DNA of 64,000 bases from the NCBI GenBank assembly GCA_913060555.1, contig CAJXRS010000001.1, positions 4,231 to 68,230 on the forward strand. The letters are read 5' to 3'. Made by a program: the position numbers and the translations under genes. Shown piece by piece: positions 19,200 through 31,793 of this stretch (positions within the stretch are counted from its first letter, which is position 1; every line of letters starts with the position of its first letter). This DNA is from an uncultured Gammaproteobacteria bacterium (lineage in GTDB: Bacteria; Pseudomonadota; Gammaproteobacteria; Pseudomonadales; Porticoccaceae). The notes under the pieces were generated by a model, which was not told the origin of the DNA, did not search any database, and saw nothing but the letters and a program-made list of their open reading frames with translations.

Positions 19200-20773
19200 G
19201 ATGAGCCGGGGATCTTCAGCGTCTGCCCCGCCCGGATGACGGCGGAACTGAGTCCGTTGTGCGTCTTGAGCTGATTCACGGAGATATTGTAGCGTTCGGC
19301 GATGCCCGACAGTGTATCGCCCCGGTCGATGATATGGGTGCGGCCGAGCCCGTGCCCGTTGCGCTGCTGCCAGGCGATGCGGGTGCCGTCCGGCGGGTGG
19401 ACGCTGAAGTGCCGTCTGACGCCGCTGAAAATGGCCGTGGCGAGCCGCCGCTGGTGGCCGGAATCGGCCAGCTTGCGCGCCTCCCCGGGGTTGGAGATGA
19501 ATCCGGTTTCGACCAGCACCGACGGCATGTCCGGTGATTTCAGCACCACGAACCCGGCCTGCTCGACCTTGTGCTTGTGCAGTTCGTTGACTGCGCCCAT
19601 GGCCGTGAGCACCTGATCGCCCAGGTGCAGACTGTGGTTGAGCGTCGCGGTCATCGACAGGTCCAGAATCACCTCGGCCAGTACCGGATCCTTGTCGCGC
19701 AGCGCCACCGAGCCGCCGAGCAGGTCGGAGCGGTTCTCCCGTTCCGCCAGATACTTGGCGGTTTCGCTGGTGGCGCCGCGCTGCGACAGTGCATAGACCG
19801 AAGCGCCGTGGGCCGCCGTTCGGTGAAAGGCGTCGGCGTGGATCGACAGCATGACATCGGCCCCGGCGCGGCGGGCAATGGCAGGGCGTTGGGCCAGCGG
19901 GATGAAGTAGTCCCCGGTGCGCACCAACACCGCCCGGTAACCGGGCTCGCGGTCGACGGCAGCCTTGAGCTCTCGGCTGATCGCCAGCACCAGGTTCTTC
20001 TCGCGGAGCCCGCCCGGGCCCAGGGCACCCGGATCCTGGCCGCCGTGTCCGGCGTCGATGGCCACCACGATATCGCGCAATCCCGTGCCGGTGGATGCGG
20101 CCGGGGGCGCTGTCGCGGTGCCCCGTTTCGGTGCCGCTGCCGGCGCGGGCGGTTTGGTCGCCGGCGGCGCGTCACCGACCGACAGCCCCGGAGGCAGCAG
20201 TTCCACCAGCAGCAGCGCCGGGCTGGCGGCCGTGGCCGCCAGCGTCGAGCCGCGCACCGCGGCGGGACCGGCCAGATCGATGACGATACGCAGATCGCGG
20301 CCGTTGCGGATGCCGCTGCGCACGCCGCGGACTGCGGTCCCCGTGGTGTCGAACGAACCCAGGCCGCCGCGCAGCCGGGCATCGCCGAGATCGATCACCG
20401 CGCGATGCGGGTTGTCGAGCGTGAACACCTGGAAGGACGCCGGCGCCCGGTCCAGCTGCAACTCGAAGCGGGCGCCCTTGCCCGTGGGCAGGAGCTTGGC
20501 ACCCTGCACCAGGGTCGCGGCCGGCGCCGGGGAGCAGAGCAGCGCCGTCAGTGTCAGCAGCAGCGCGCGGCAGAGGCTCAGCCGGCTTCGGACAGCTGTT
20601 CCAGCAGTGCGCGGCCCCGGGTGCTGGCGGCAGCGGCGCGCAGCCTCCGGCCGCCGTCTGCCACGCTGAGTTCCAGCGCCAGATCCGGCCGCGGCAGTGC
20701 GCCCGTGCCGTGCTCGGGCCACTCGATCAGGCAGAGGCTGCTGCCGTCGAAATAATCCCGCCCTCCGATCCAT
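19196..20773 (-). CDS. amiB: N-acetylmuramoyl-L-alanine amidase with C-terminal LysM domain (AmiB/AmiC type)
   Basis: AMIN-like N-terminal domain, Amidase_3 core ([15 protein letters not shown]..., SIHADAF) and LysM ([29 protein letters not shown]). ATG 20773 has a GAGGAA Shine-Dalgarno but overlaps tsaE by 196 nt. The signal-peptide-like segment starts only at about residue 65, so the start is uncertain. Confidence 0.85.
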   Translation of the reverse strand: MDRRAGLFRRQQPLPDRVARARHGRTAAAGSGAGTQRGRRRPEAARRCRQHPGPRTAGTAVRSRLSLCRALLLTLTALLCSPAPAATLVQGAKLLPTGKGARFELQLDRAPASFQVFTLDNPHRAVIDLGDARLRGGLGSFDTTGTAVRGVRSGIRNGRDLRIVIDLAGPAAVRGSTLAATAASPALLLVELLPPGLSVGDAPPATKPPAPAAAPKRGTATAPPAASTGTGLRDIVVAIDAGHGGQDPGALGPGGLREKNLVLAISRELKAAVDREPGYRAVLVRTGDYFIPLAQRPAIARRAGADVMLSIHADAFHRTAAHGASVYALSQRGATSETAKYLAERENRSDLLGGSVALRDKDPVLAEVILDLSMTATLNHSLHLGDQVLTAMGAVNELHKHKVEQAGFVVLKSPDMPSVLVETGFISNPGEARKLADSGHQRRLATAIFSGVRRHFSVHPPDGTRIAWQQRNGHGLGRTHIIDRGDTLSGIAERYNISVNQLKTHNGLSSAVIRAGQTLKIPGSS

Positions 20774-21051
20774 TCGAGTTCCTCGGGATCCGCTAGTCGG
20801 TACAGGTCAAAATGATACACATTTCCTAGGTTTAGCAAATAGGTTTCAACCAAAGTATAAGTCGGGCTCTTGACCGGGCCCGGATGCCCGAGGGCGCCGA
20901 TGATGGCGCTGCAGAGGCTGGTCTTGCCAGCGCCCAGCGGGCCGCTGAGGTGGACCACCAACCCTGGCTCGAGCAAGCCCGCCAGGCGTTGGCCGAACGC
21001 CCGGGTGGCCTTGGCGTCGGGCAACTCAAAGGTCAGCGGCATGGCTCGCAT
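20578..21051 (-). CDS. tsaE: tRNA t6A37 biosynthesis ATPase TsaE
   Basis: 157 aa. P-loop LSGPLGAGKTSL and the conserved SPTYTLVETY...YHFDLYRL segment. Confidence 0.92.
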   Translation of the reverse strand: MRAMPLTFELPDAKATRAFGQRLAGLLEPGLVVHLSGPLGAGKTSLCSAIIGALGHPGPVKSPTYTLVETYLLNLGNVYHFDLYRLADPEELEWIGGRDYFDGSSLCLIEWPEHGTGALPRPDLALELSVADGGRRLRAAAASTRGRALLEQLSEAG

Positions 21052-22534
21052 TGCTCAGGCGCCGGATGTGCGGGAGCAGGTCCGTGGCCAGCAGGCCGAT
21101 TTCCCCGTCTGCTGCGGCCAGATCGGCGGCGCGACCGTGCAGGCAGGCGCCCAGGCGGGCGGCGGCTGTGGGCGTCAGTCCCTGGGCCAGCAGGGCGCCG
21201 ATCAGGCCGGAGAGCACGTCGCCCATGCCGCCGGAGGCCATGCCCGGGTTGCCGTAGGGACAGACCCCGAGAGGCCCTTGCGGCCCGGCGATCAGAGTGC
21301 CCGCGCCCTTGAGCAGCGCCGCGCCACCGAATCTTTGCTGCAGCCGCCGGCAGGCGTCCGGGCGGTTGGTCTGAACCTCGCGGTTGTCGATCCCCAGCAG
21401 TCGCGCGGCTTCGCCCGGATGGGGGGTGATCACCCAGCTTCGCCCGTCCGGTTCGGCACCGAAGCGCCCGCTGGCGATCAGGTTGAGGGCGTCGGCGTCG
21501 AGCACCATGGGCAGTGCGGCGCCCAGTGCTTGTTGCAGCATCTGCTCGGCCCAGGGAGAGCGGCCCAGCCCGGGCCCCACCACCAGCACCGTGGGCGCGA
21601 CGAGCAGCGGCTCCAGCTCCTGGCCGGAAGGCACGCCCTTGACCATCAGTTCCGGCCTGCGCGCCAGAAAGGACGCGGCATGCTGCGGGTGGGTGGCGAC
21701 ACTGACCAATCCGGCGCCGGCCCGTGCCGCGGCCTCGGCGGCCATCAGCGCGGCACCGCCGAAACCGCGATCGCCGCCGATCACCATGACGTGGCCGAAC
21801 TGTCCCTTGTGGGCGTCTCGCGGCCGCCGCGGCAACAGTTCACCCAGCGCCGCCAGATCCAGCAGTTCGGCCTCTGCCGCGCGCCCGCCATAGACTGCTT
21901 CCGGTACCTCCAGGCCGGCGAACCTCACGGCTCCCGCGCAGGCGGGCCCGCGCCCGGTGTACAGCCCCAGCTTGCGGCCGATAAAGGTTACCGTGACCGC
22001 GGCGCGCACCGCGATACCCAGTTCGGCGCCGGTGTCGGCATCCAGTCCGGACGGAATGTCGATCGCAACCACGGGCGCCGGCGCGGCGTTGAGTGCGGCG
22101 ATGGCGGCGGCGTAGTCGTTGCGCACCGGGCGCGTCAGGCCGGTACCCAGCAGGGCGTCCACCAGGACTTCGCCATCGAGATCCGCAGCGCCGCGCCAGG
22201 CCGTGACCGGTATCCCGGCATCGGTCGCAAAGCGCCGCGCCCGGGCGGCGTCACCCTGTAGTCGTTCGGGATCGGCGAGGGCGAACACCTGCACCGCCAG
22301 GCCCCGCTGGCGGGCGAGCGCAGCGACGATATAGCCGTCGCCGCCATTGTTGCCGCCGCCGCAGAGCACGGTCAGGGAGCGCGCTGCCGGCCAGCGGCGC
22401 TGGATTTCGGCGAGGGCGCTGGCGCCGGCGCGTTTCATCAGCACGATGCCGGGAATGCCCTGTGTCTCGATGGCGGAGTGGTCCAGGGCGCGGGTCTGGG
22501 TTGCGGTATAGAGTGGAATCGAGGACAGGGGCAT
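21026..22534 (-). CDS. nnr: Bifunctional NAD(P)H-hydrate repair enzyme (epimerase/ADP-dependent dehydratase)
   Basis: 502 aa. YjeF N-terminal domain (VLCGGGNNGGDGYIVA) plus a carbohydrate-kinase-like C-terminal domain (GGMGDVLSG). Confidence 0.9.
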   Translation of the reverse strand: MPLSSIPLYTATQTRALDHSAIETQGIPGIVLMKRAGASALAEIQRRWPAARSLTVLCGGGNNGGDGYIVAALARQRGLAVQVFALADPERLQGDAARARRFATDAGIPVTAWRGAADLDGEVLVDALLGTGLTRPVRNDYAAAIAALNAAPAPVVAIDIPSGLDADTGAELGIAVRAAVTVTFIGRKLGLYTGRGPACAGAVRFAGLEVPEAVYGGRAAEAELLDLAALGELLPRRPRDAHKGQFGHVMVIGGDRGFGGAALMAAEAAARAGAGLVSVATHPQHAASFLARRPELMVKGVPSGQELEPLLVAPTVLVVGPGLGRSPWAEQMLQQALGAALPMVLDADALNLIASGRFGAEPDGRSWVITPHPGEAARLLGIDNREVQTNRPDACRRLQQRFGGAALLKGAGTLIAGPQGPLGVCPYGNPGMASGGMGDVLSGLIGALLAQGLTPTAAARLGACLHGRAADLAAADGEIGLLATDLLPHIRRLSNASHAADL

Positions 22535-22599
22535 GCCGGGCCGAAGGTGCGGAATCTGGCAAAATTATAAGCCAGCCCGACCCTTTTCCGGTTGTTACC

Positions 22600-23697
<1,098 letters not shown>

Positions 23698-23720
23698 ACG
23701 GACCTCGCGCCAGCTCCAGA

Positions 23721-23772
23721 CTCATTTCATATTGGAATCAGCCGCCTCCCTCCATACTCACTTCATATTGGA
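23721..23772. repeat. Two copies of a 16-bp AT-rich direct repeat upstream of the rpsT promoter
   Basis: CTCATTTCATATTGGA (23721-23736) and CTCACTTCATATTGGA (23757-23772). One mismatch, 36-bp period. Confidence 0.8.
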
Positions 23773-23784
23773 CAAGGCTGACGC

Positions 23785-23813
23785 TTGAATGGTGCCGCCA
23801 AAGTCGCTATAGT
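23785..23813 (+). promoter_or_regulatory. Sigma70-type promoter for rpsT
   Basis: TTGAAT (23785-23790), a 17-nt spacer, then TATAGT (23808-23813), about 38 nt upstream of the rpsT GTG start. Confidence 0.65.
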
Positions 23814-23850
23814 GCGCCGCCTTGTGAACACCACCTTCGGAGCCGATCCC

Positions 23851-24120
23851 GTGGCCAATACCCCTCAGTCGAGAAAGCGCGCCCGTCAGAACGAAAAGCG
23901 CCGCCAGCTGAAAGCCGGACAGCGGGCAATGACACGCACCTACGTCAAGAAGGTGCAGTCGGCGCTGGCCACAGGTGATATCGACACCGCCCGGGCTGCC
24001 TATGCGGCCGTGGTTCCCGTACTGGATCGCGTCGCCGACAAGGGCGTGATCCACAAGAACAAGGCGGCGCGCTACAAGAGCCGCCTCAACGCGCGCATCA
24101 AGGCGCTGGCCGGCAACTGA
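23851..24120 (+). CDS. rpsT: 30S ribosomal protein S20
   Basis: GTG start at 23851 with a GGAG Shine-Dalgarno. ANTPQSRKRARQNEKRRQLKAGQRAMTRTYVKKV... is the typical S20 basic N-terminus. 89 aa. Confidence 0.92.
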   Translation: MANTPQSRKRARQNEKRRQLKAGQRAMTRTYVKKVQSALATGDIDTARAAYAAVVPVLDRVADKGVIHKNKAARYKSRLNARIKALAGN

Positions 24121-24142
24121 GCCGAGCAGCACAGCGCGCAAG

Positions 24143-24170
24143 AAAAAAGCCGGCGACCGCCGGCTTTTTT
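24143..24170. terminator. Bidirectional rho-independent terminator between rpsT and proB
   Basis: AAAAAA-gccggc-gacc-gccggc-TTTTTT. The stem is flanked by an A-run and a T-run, so it can serve both convergent genes. Confidence 0.8.
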
Positions 24171-24189
24171 GCTTTTTGGCCTCGCCCGC

Positions 24190-26557
<2,368 letters not shown>

Positions 26558-26613
26558 TCATACGCGCGGCATGGGCACATGAACGCGGCATGGGCAGATA
26601 AAAATGGACACAT

Positions 26614-26640
26614 AAAAAAAGCCCCGGCGACGGGGCTTTT
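26614..26640 (-). terminator. Rho-independent terminator after rpmA
   Basis: On the minus strand: agccccg-tcgc-cggggct followed by T7 (A-run 26614-26620 on plus). Confidence 0.8.
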
Positions 26641-26664
26641 CCGCGCGTCGCTCGTGCTCCGCAG

Positions 26665-26922
26665 TCAGTGCGGCACCACGTCGACGAATTTGCGATTCCT
26701 GGGGCCGCGCACGGCGAAGCGGACCGTGCCTTCAGCGGTGGCGAACAGGGTGTGATCCCGGCCGATGCCGACGTTGGTGCCGCGGTGAAATGCAGTGCCG
26801 CGCTGGCGCACGATGATGCTGCCTGCGGTGACATGCTCGCCACCGAAGCGCTTGACGCCCAGGCGTTTACTTTCCGAGTCGCGACCGTTGCGGGTACTCC
26901 CGCCTGCCTTTTTGGTTGCCAT
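26665..26922 (-). CDS. rpmA: 50S ribosomal protein L27
   Basis: [29 protein letters not shown] is the canonical L27. 85 aa. Confidence 0.97.
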   Translation of the reverse strand: MATKKAGGSTRNGRDSESKRLGVKRFGGEHVTAGSIIVRQRGTAFHRGTNVGIGRDHTLFATAEGTVRFAVRGPRNRKFVDVVPH

Positions 26923-26950
26923 CTATGCGTGCTCCCCTGAATTCGCCGGC

Positions 26951-27265
26951 TCAGTCGGCGCTGATGCCGGTGATCTTGACCTTGGTGAACCACTGGCGGT
27001 GGCCCATGCGCTTGAGGTGGTGCTTGCGGCGGCGGAACTTGATGATCCGCACCTTGGCGCCGCGGCCCTGGGTGAGCACCTCGGCGGTGACCTTGCCGCC
27101 CGCGACATAGGGCGCGCCCAGTTTCAGGTCGCCGCCGTCGGCGACCAGGAGCACGCGATCGAAGTCCACCGTCTCCCCGGGGGCGACGTCCAGTTTCTCA
27201 ATGTCGAGCACTTCGCCGGGCTCGACCCGGTGCTGCTTGCCGCCGCTCTCGATAACCGCGTACAT
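26951..27265 (-). CDS. rplU: 50S ribosomal protein L21
   Basis: Start set at ATG 27265. [25 protein letters not shown] is the canonical L21. 104 aa. Confidence 0.96.
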   Translation of the reverse strand: MYAVIESGGKQHRVEPGEVLDIEKLDVAPGETVDFDRVLLVADGGDLKLGAPYVAGGKVTAEVLTQGRGAKVRIIKFRRRKHHLKRMGHRQWFTKVKITGISAD

Positions 27266-27569
27266 GTTGCTCCGCTCTCCGAAAACGGGCCACCGGCAAT
27301 ACCAGCGACCCTTGCAAAGGGCGGCGATTTTAAGCCAATCCCCCATGGCGCCGCAAGCGTAACCGTACTCTGTGTTGGCCGTGCGTTGGCCGTGGGGGTC
27401 GCGTTTGGCGTTTCATCGCCGCGGGCAAATCTGCTAGGGTGGGCTTCGGGAGCCAGGCCCGCCAGTTGCGGCGGAGTTCTCCGGCGGCCCGGCATTCATA
27501 AGCCTCCATGGCGATAATCATCCGCGCAGACCCCGGTCGCGGCCGGCGCGCAGAATAAGAGGGGGACTC

Positions 27570-28490
27570 ATGTCGATCGTCAACACCTTCGCCGGCGGGC
27601 CGCTGGACCGCGCCAGCGAGCGGCGCACCGACGCCGATTGGCTCGCCGCTCAGTTGGCCAGTCCCCAGAGCCGCGTGGTGCCATTTTTCCGCATGCAGCC
27701 CCTGGTGAGCCCAGGCGGGCACGCGGTGGGCTGGTTGTCGACTGCCGAAGTCGCCGAGTTCCTCGCCGAACAGCCGCATATTCTTTTGGGGCTGGACGAG
27801 GCCGGGGTCGCCCATTTCGCGCTCGATCTGAGCGCGGTCGAGGATGCCCCCAGCCTGGAGCCCTTCCGGGCCGCCGGCCGCTTCATGGATCTGCGCGCCA
27901 TCGCGCTGCGGCTACCGGCCGGGGATCCGGCTACCCTGGCGACCGGCAAGGCGATGCTCGACTGGCATGCGCGCCACCGCTTCTGCGCAGTGTGCGGCAA
28001 CCCCACGGAGATGCGCATGGCTGGCTACATGCGTAAATGCCTGAATGCCGACTGCAATGCCGACCACTTTCCCCGTACCGACCCGGTGGTCATCATGTTG
28101 GCCGTGCGCGGCGATGAAGCCCTGGTGGGCCGCCAGAAAACCTTCCCGTCGGGCATGTATTCTGCGCTCGCCGGCTTCGTCGAGCCCGGTGAGACCATCG
28201 AGGAGGCGGTGCGCCGGGAGATCCTCGAGGAGGCGGGTATCCGCGTCGGCGCGGTGCGCTACCACTCCACCCAACCCTGGCCCTGGCCGTCATCGCTGAT
28301 GATCGGATGTTTCGCCGATGCCGAGACCACCGAGATCCAGATCGACGGTCAGGAGCTCGAAGAGGCGCGCTGGGTGTCGCGCAACCTACTCGCCGCCTCC
28401 TATCGCGGCGAGCCGGGCACCGGCGTGCTGTTGCCGCCGCCCATGGCCATTGCCCATCAGCTGCTGAAGACCTTCATCGAAGCGCAATAG
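27570..28490 (+). CDS. nudC: NAD(+) diphosphatase (NADH pyrophosphatase), Nudix family
   Basis: Zinc ribbon CAVCGNPT...CLNADC followed by Nudix box GFVEPGETIEEAVRREILEEAG. AGAGGGGGA Shine-Dalgarno. Confidence 0.88.
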   Translation: MSIVNTFAGGPLDRASERRTDADWLAAQLASPQSRVVPFFRMQPLVSPGGHAVGWLSTAEVAEFLAEQPHILLGLDEAGVAHFALDLSAVEDAPSLEPFRAAGRFMDLRAIALRLPAGDPATLATGKAMLDWHARHRFCAVCGNPTEMRMAGYMRKCLNADCNADHFPRTDPVVIMLAVRGDEALVGRQKTFPSGMYSALAGFVEPGETIEEAVRREILEEAGIRVGAVRYHSTQPWPWPSSLMIGCFADAETTEIQIDGQELEEARWVSRNLLAASYRGEPGTGVLLPPPMAIAHQLLKTFIEAQ

Positions 28491-28522
28491 CCGGTCCCAA
28501 ACAAACAACAAGGGGGGTGATC

Positions 28523-29350
28523 GTGGACTACCGGGAGATTCTCTACGAGGTAAAGGACGGCGTGGCGCTGATCACCCTCAACCGTCCCGACAAGCTCAAC
28601 GCCTGGACCACCCGCATGGCCGAGGAGATCCAGGATGCCAGCCTCGGCGCCTGCGAGGACGATGCGGCCCGGGTGATCCTGATCACCGGCGCCGGCCGGG
28701 GGTTCTGCGCCGGCGCCGACATGAAACTGCTCGCCGACATGGGCGGCGGCAGGGCGCAGGCGGCGGGCGATGATCCGGCGGACTCCCCGCGCCCGCGCCC
28801 CACCGGCGTGCGCCCGGACTTCAGCCACAAGTACTCCTATTTTCCGGCGCTGCCCAAGCCGGTGATCGCCGCCATCAACGGCCCGGTGGCCGGCATCGGC
28901 CTGGTGCTGACCCTCTATTGCGACATCCGCATCGCCGCGGAGGACGCCAGATTCACCACGGCATTCGTCAAGCGCGGCCTGATCGCCGAATACGGTGGCG
29001 CCTGGCTGGCGCCGCGCATCATGGGCGTGAGCAACGCCCTGGAGGTGTTTCTCTCCGGGCGCATGTTCGATGGCCGCGAGGCGCGCGAACTGGGCCTGGT
29101 GAGCAGGGTATTGCCCGGCGAGGGCTTTGCCGCGGCCGCGCTCGACTACGCCCGGGAGCTGGCCGCCAACAACTCGCCGCGCTCCATGCGGGTGATGAAG
29201 CAGCAGATCTGGGAGAGCCTGTTCCAGGATCTCGACGCCGCCGTAGAGCTGTCGCTGGTGGAGATGAAAGCCAGTGTCGCCAGCGAGGACTTCCGGGAAG
29301 GCGTCGCGCATTTTCTCGAAAAGCGGCCGCCGCGTTTCAGCGGGATCTGA
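28523..29350 (+). CDS. Enoyl-CoA hydratase/isomerase (crotonase) family protein
   Basis: VDYREILYEVKDGVALITLNRPDKLNAW..., GAGRGFCAGADM oxyanion-hole motif. GTG start at 28523 (or 28517) after an AGGGGGG Shine-Dalgarno. The upstream part of the track ORF overlaps nudC. Confidence 0.85.
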   Translation: MDYREILYEVKDGVALITLNRPDKLNAWTTRMAEEIQDASLGACEDDAARVILITGAGRGFCAGADMKLLADMGGGRAQAAGDDPADSPRPRPTGVRPDFSHKYSYFPALPKPVIAAINGPVAGIGLVLTLYCDIRIAAEDARFTTAFVKRGLIAEYGGAWLAPRIMGVSNALEVFLSGRMFDGREARELGLVSRVLPGEGFAAAALDYARELAANNSPRSMRVMKQQIWESLFQDLDAAVELSLVEMKASVASEDFREGVAHFLEKRPPRFSGI

Positions 29351-29383
29351 TCGGCTTACGAAAACCAACGACAGGGGACAATC

Positions 29384-30166
29384 ATGGGGCGTGTGGATGG
29401 CAAGGTGGCATTGGTCACCGGCGCCGCCTCGGGGCTGGGGCGGGCAACCGCCATCCGGCTCGCGGAGGAGGGTGCGCGGGTGATGGTCACCGACTGGGAA
29501 GACCGTGGTGGGGCCGAGACCCTGGCTCTGATCGAGGAGGCCGGCGGCGAGGCGCGCTACCGCCACCAGGACGTCTCCAGCGAGGAGGCATGGCAGCAGA
29601 CGCTCGCTGAAATCATCGCCACCTGGGGCCGGCTCGACGTGCTGGTCAACAATGCCGCGGTGATCATCGCCAAGTCGATTCGCGACACCAGCCTCGAGGA
29701 TTGGCGCTGGCAGAACAGCATTGCGCTCGACGGCGTCTTCCTCGGCGTCAAGCACGGCAGCGCGGCGATGGAAAAGACCGGCGGCGGCTCCATCATCAAC
29801 ATCTCCTCCGTGGCCGGTATTCTCGGACTCGACAAATCCGCCGCCTACTGCGCCGCCAAGGGCGGGGTGCGGCTGCTCACCAAGGCCGCCGCCGCAGAGT
29901 TCGCGCGCCTCAAGAACGGCGTGCGGGTGAATTCCGTGCACCCCGGCGTGATCCGCACGCCCGGCGTGGAGGGCACCATCCGCAAGTACGGTGCCGGCGG
30001 CAAGGAGGATCAGGTGCGTGCCCGTTTCGAGGGCATGTCGCCGCTCGGCCGCCTCGGCGAGCCGGTCGATATCGCCAACGGCGTACTCTATCTCGCCTCC
30101 GACGAATCCAACTACATGCACGGCGCCGAGCTGGTGATCGACGCCGGCTTCAGCGCCGTGCGCTAG
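29384..30166 (+). CDS. SDR family oxidoreductase
   Basis: [11 protein letters not shown] cofactor motif, NNAA, and a YCAAK catalytic Tyr-x3-Lys. 260 aa. Confidence 0.88.
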   Translation: MGRVDGKVALVTGAASGLGRATAIRLAEEGARVMVTDWEDRGGAETLALIEEAGGEARYRHQDVSSEEAWQQTLAEIIATWGRLDVLVNNAAVIIAKSIRDTSLEDWRWQNSIALDGVFLGVKHGSAAMEKTGGGSIINISSVAGILGLDKSAAYCAAKGGVRLLTKAAAAEFARLKNGVRVNSVHPGVIRTPGVEGTIRKYGAGGKEDQVRARFEGMSPLGRLGEPVDIANGVLYLASDESNYMHGAELVIDAGFSAVR

Positions 30167-30176
30167 GGAATTGCCG

Positions 30177-31349
30177 ATGAGCATCCAGGGTAAAGCCTAT
30201 ATTGCGGGCATCTACGAACACCCGCTGCGCGACGGCACCGGCAAGACGGTGCCGCAACTGCACGCCGAGGTCGCCAAGGGGGCGCTGGAAGACGCCGGCC
30301 TCGACAAGAGCGACGTCGACGCCTATTACTGCGCCGGCGATGTACCCGGTCTGGGCGGCATCAACCAGGCCGAGTACATGGGCCTACGGGTGCGCCAGAT
30401 CGATTCCACCGAGACCGGCGGATCGTCCTATCTGGTGCATGTTCGCCATGCCGCCCAGGCGATCGCCGCGGGTCACTGCAAGGTCGCGCTGATCACCCTC
30501 GCCGGTCGGCCGCGCGCCGACGCCAAGGAAAACTACAGCGTGCGCCCGGGCGGCGGCCCGCCCGCCGACTACGGCTTCGAGGCGCCGTTCCGGCCCACCA
30601 TCGTCAACATGTATGCGATGGTGGCCATGCGCCACATGCACGAATTCGGCACCACCAGCGAGCAGCTCGCCTGGGTCAAGGTTGCCGCCTCCCAGCATGC
30701 CCAGCACAACCCCCACGCCCTGCTGCGCGAGGTGGTCACGGTCGAGGACGTGCTGAATTCACCCATGATCAGCGATCCGCTGCATCGCCTCGACTGCTGT
30801 GTGATGACCGACGGCGGCGGTGCGGTATTGGTGGTGGCGCCCGAAGTTGCGCGCAGCCTGCAGCGGCCGCGGGTCCGGGTGCTGGGCAGCGGCGAGGCGG
30901 CCAAGCACCTCGACGGTGGCCGGGTGGACCTGACCTACTCGGGGGCGGTCTGGTCCGGTGCCGATGCCTTCGCCGAAGCCGGGGTGAAACCCGCCGACAT
31001 CAAGTACGCCTCCATCTACGATTCCTTCACCATCACCGTGGTGGAAACGCTCGAAGACCTGGGCTTCTGCGCCAAGGGCGGGGGTGGCGCCTTCGTCGCC
31101 GACGGCAATCTCATTTCCGGGGTCGGCAGGCTGCCCTTCAACACCGACGGCGGCGGCCTGTGCAACAACCACCCCAGCGATCGCGGCGGCATCACCAAGA
31201 TCATCGAGGCGGTACGCCAGGCGCGCGGCGAGGCCCACCCGAAGGTGCAGGTGCCGAATTGCAATCTGGTGCTGGCCCATGGCACCGGCGGTCTGCTCGG
31301 CTCGCGCATGGGCAGCGCCACGCTGATTCTGGAGCGGGAGGACGCATGA
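30177..31349 (+). CDS. Thiolase-like (SCP-x/lipid-transfer type) protein
   Basis: 390 aa from ATG 30177, with an AGGGAA Shine-Dalgarno (the track start 30171 is a TTG). Thiolase-fold C-terminus (FNTDGGGLCNNHP, LAHGTGG). ATGA overlap with the following DUF35 gene. Confidence 0.8.
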   Translation: MSIQGKAYIAGIYEHPLRDGTGKTVPQLHAEVAKGALEDAGLDKSDVDAYYCAGDVPGLGGINQAEYMGLRVRQIDSTETGGSSYLVHVRHAAQAIAAGHCKVALITLAGRPRADAKENYSVRPGGGPPADYGFEAPFRPTIVNMYAMVAMRHMHEFGTTSEQLAWVKVAASQHAQHNPHALLREVVTVEDVLNSPMISDPLHRLDCCVMTDGGGAVLVVAPEVARSLQRPRVRVLGSGEAAKHLDGGRVDLTYSGAVWSGADAFAEAGVKPADIKYASIYDSFTITVVETLEDLGFCAKGGGGAFVADGNLISGVGRLPFNTDGGGLCNNHPSDRGGITKIIEAVRQARGEAHPKVQVPNCNLVLAHGTGGLLGSRMGSATLILEREDA

Positions 31350-31747
31350 GTGACACCACAGCCAGGCCGCGGCCGAAATTCCGCGCGCCACGCATCAACG
31401 ACGAGAGCCGCCCGTTCTGGGAGGCCACCAGCCGCGGCGAGTTGCTGATCAAGCACTGCACCGCCTGCGGTGAAAACCACTATTACCCGCGCAGCCTGTG
31501 CCCGTTCTGTTTCAGCGACGCCACCCAGTGGTTGACCTGCAGCGGCCGCGGGGTGATCTATTCCTTCAGTGTCAGCCGGCGCGGCGAGCCCTACGCCATC
31601 GCCTATGTGAGCCTGGAAGAAGGCCCCACTCTGCTGACCAATCTGATCGACTGCGACTTCGAGCGCCTCGCCATCGGTCAGGCGGTACAGGTCCGCTTTG
31701 CCGATACCGGCGAGGGCGCTGCATTGCCCTGTTTCACGCCGGTCTAG
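31346..31747 (+). CDS. DUF35 OB-fold/zinc-ribbon protein (thiolase partner)
   Basis: 133 aa from ATG 31346. RPFWEATSRGELLIKHCTACGENHYYPRSLCPFC rubredoxin-like ribbon followed by an OB fold. Typical partner of SCP-x-type thiolases. Confidence 0.8.
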   Translation: MSDTTARPRPKFRAPRINDESRPFWEATSRGELLIKHCTACGENHYYPRSLCPFCFSDATQWLTCSGRGVIYSFSVSRRGEPYAIAYVSLEEGPTLLTNLIDCDFERLAIGQAVQVRFADTGEGAALPCFTPV

Positions 31748-31793
31748 AGCGGCCGGCGCGCATTGAATTCCCGACCACTACGGAGCAACCACC

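Noticed and set aside
20581-20773. Twin-arginine (Tat) signal in the Arg-rich N-terminal extension of the amidase
   Set aside because: No S/T-R-R-x-F-L-K-like motif precedes the hydrophobic core; the nearest match is R-S-R-L-S-L. The Arg richness is as expected for an alternative frame of GC-rich coding DNA.
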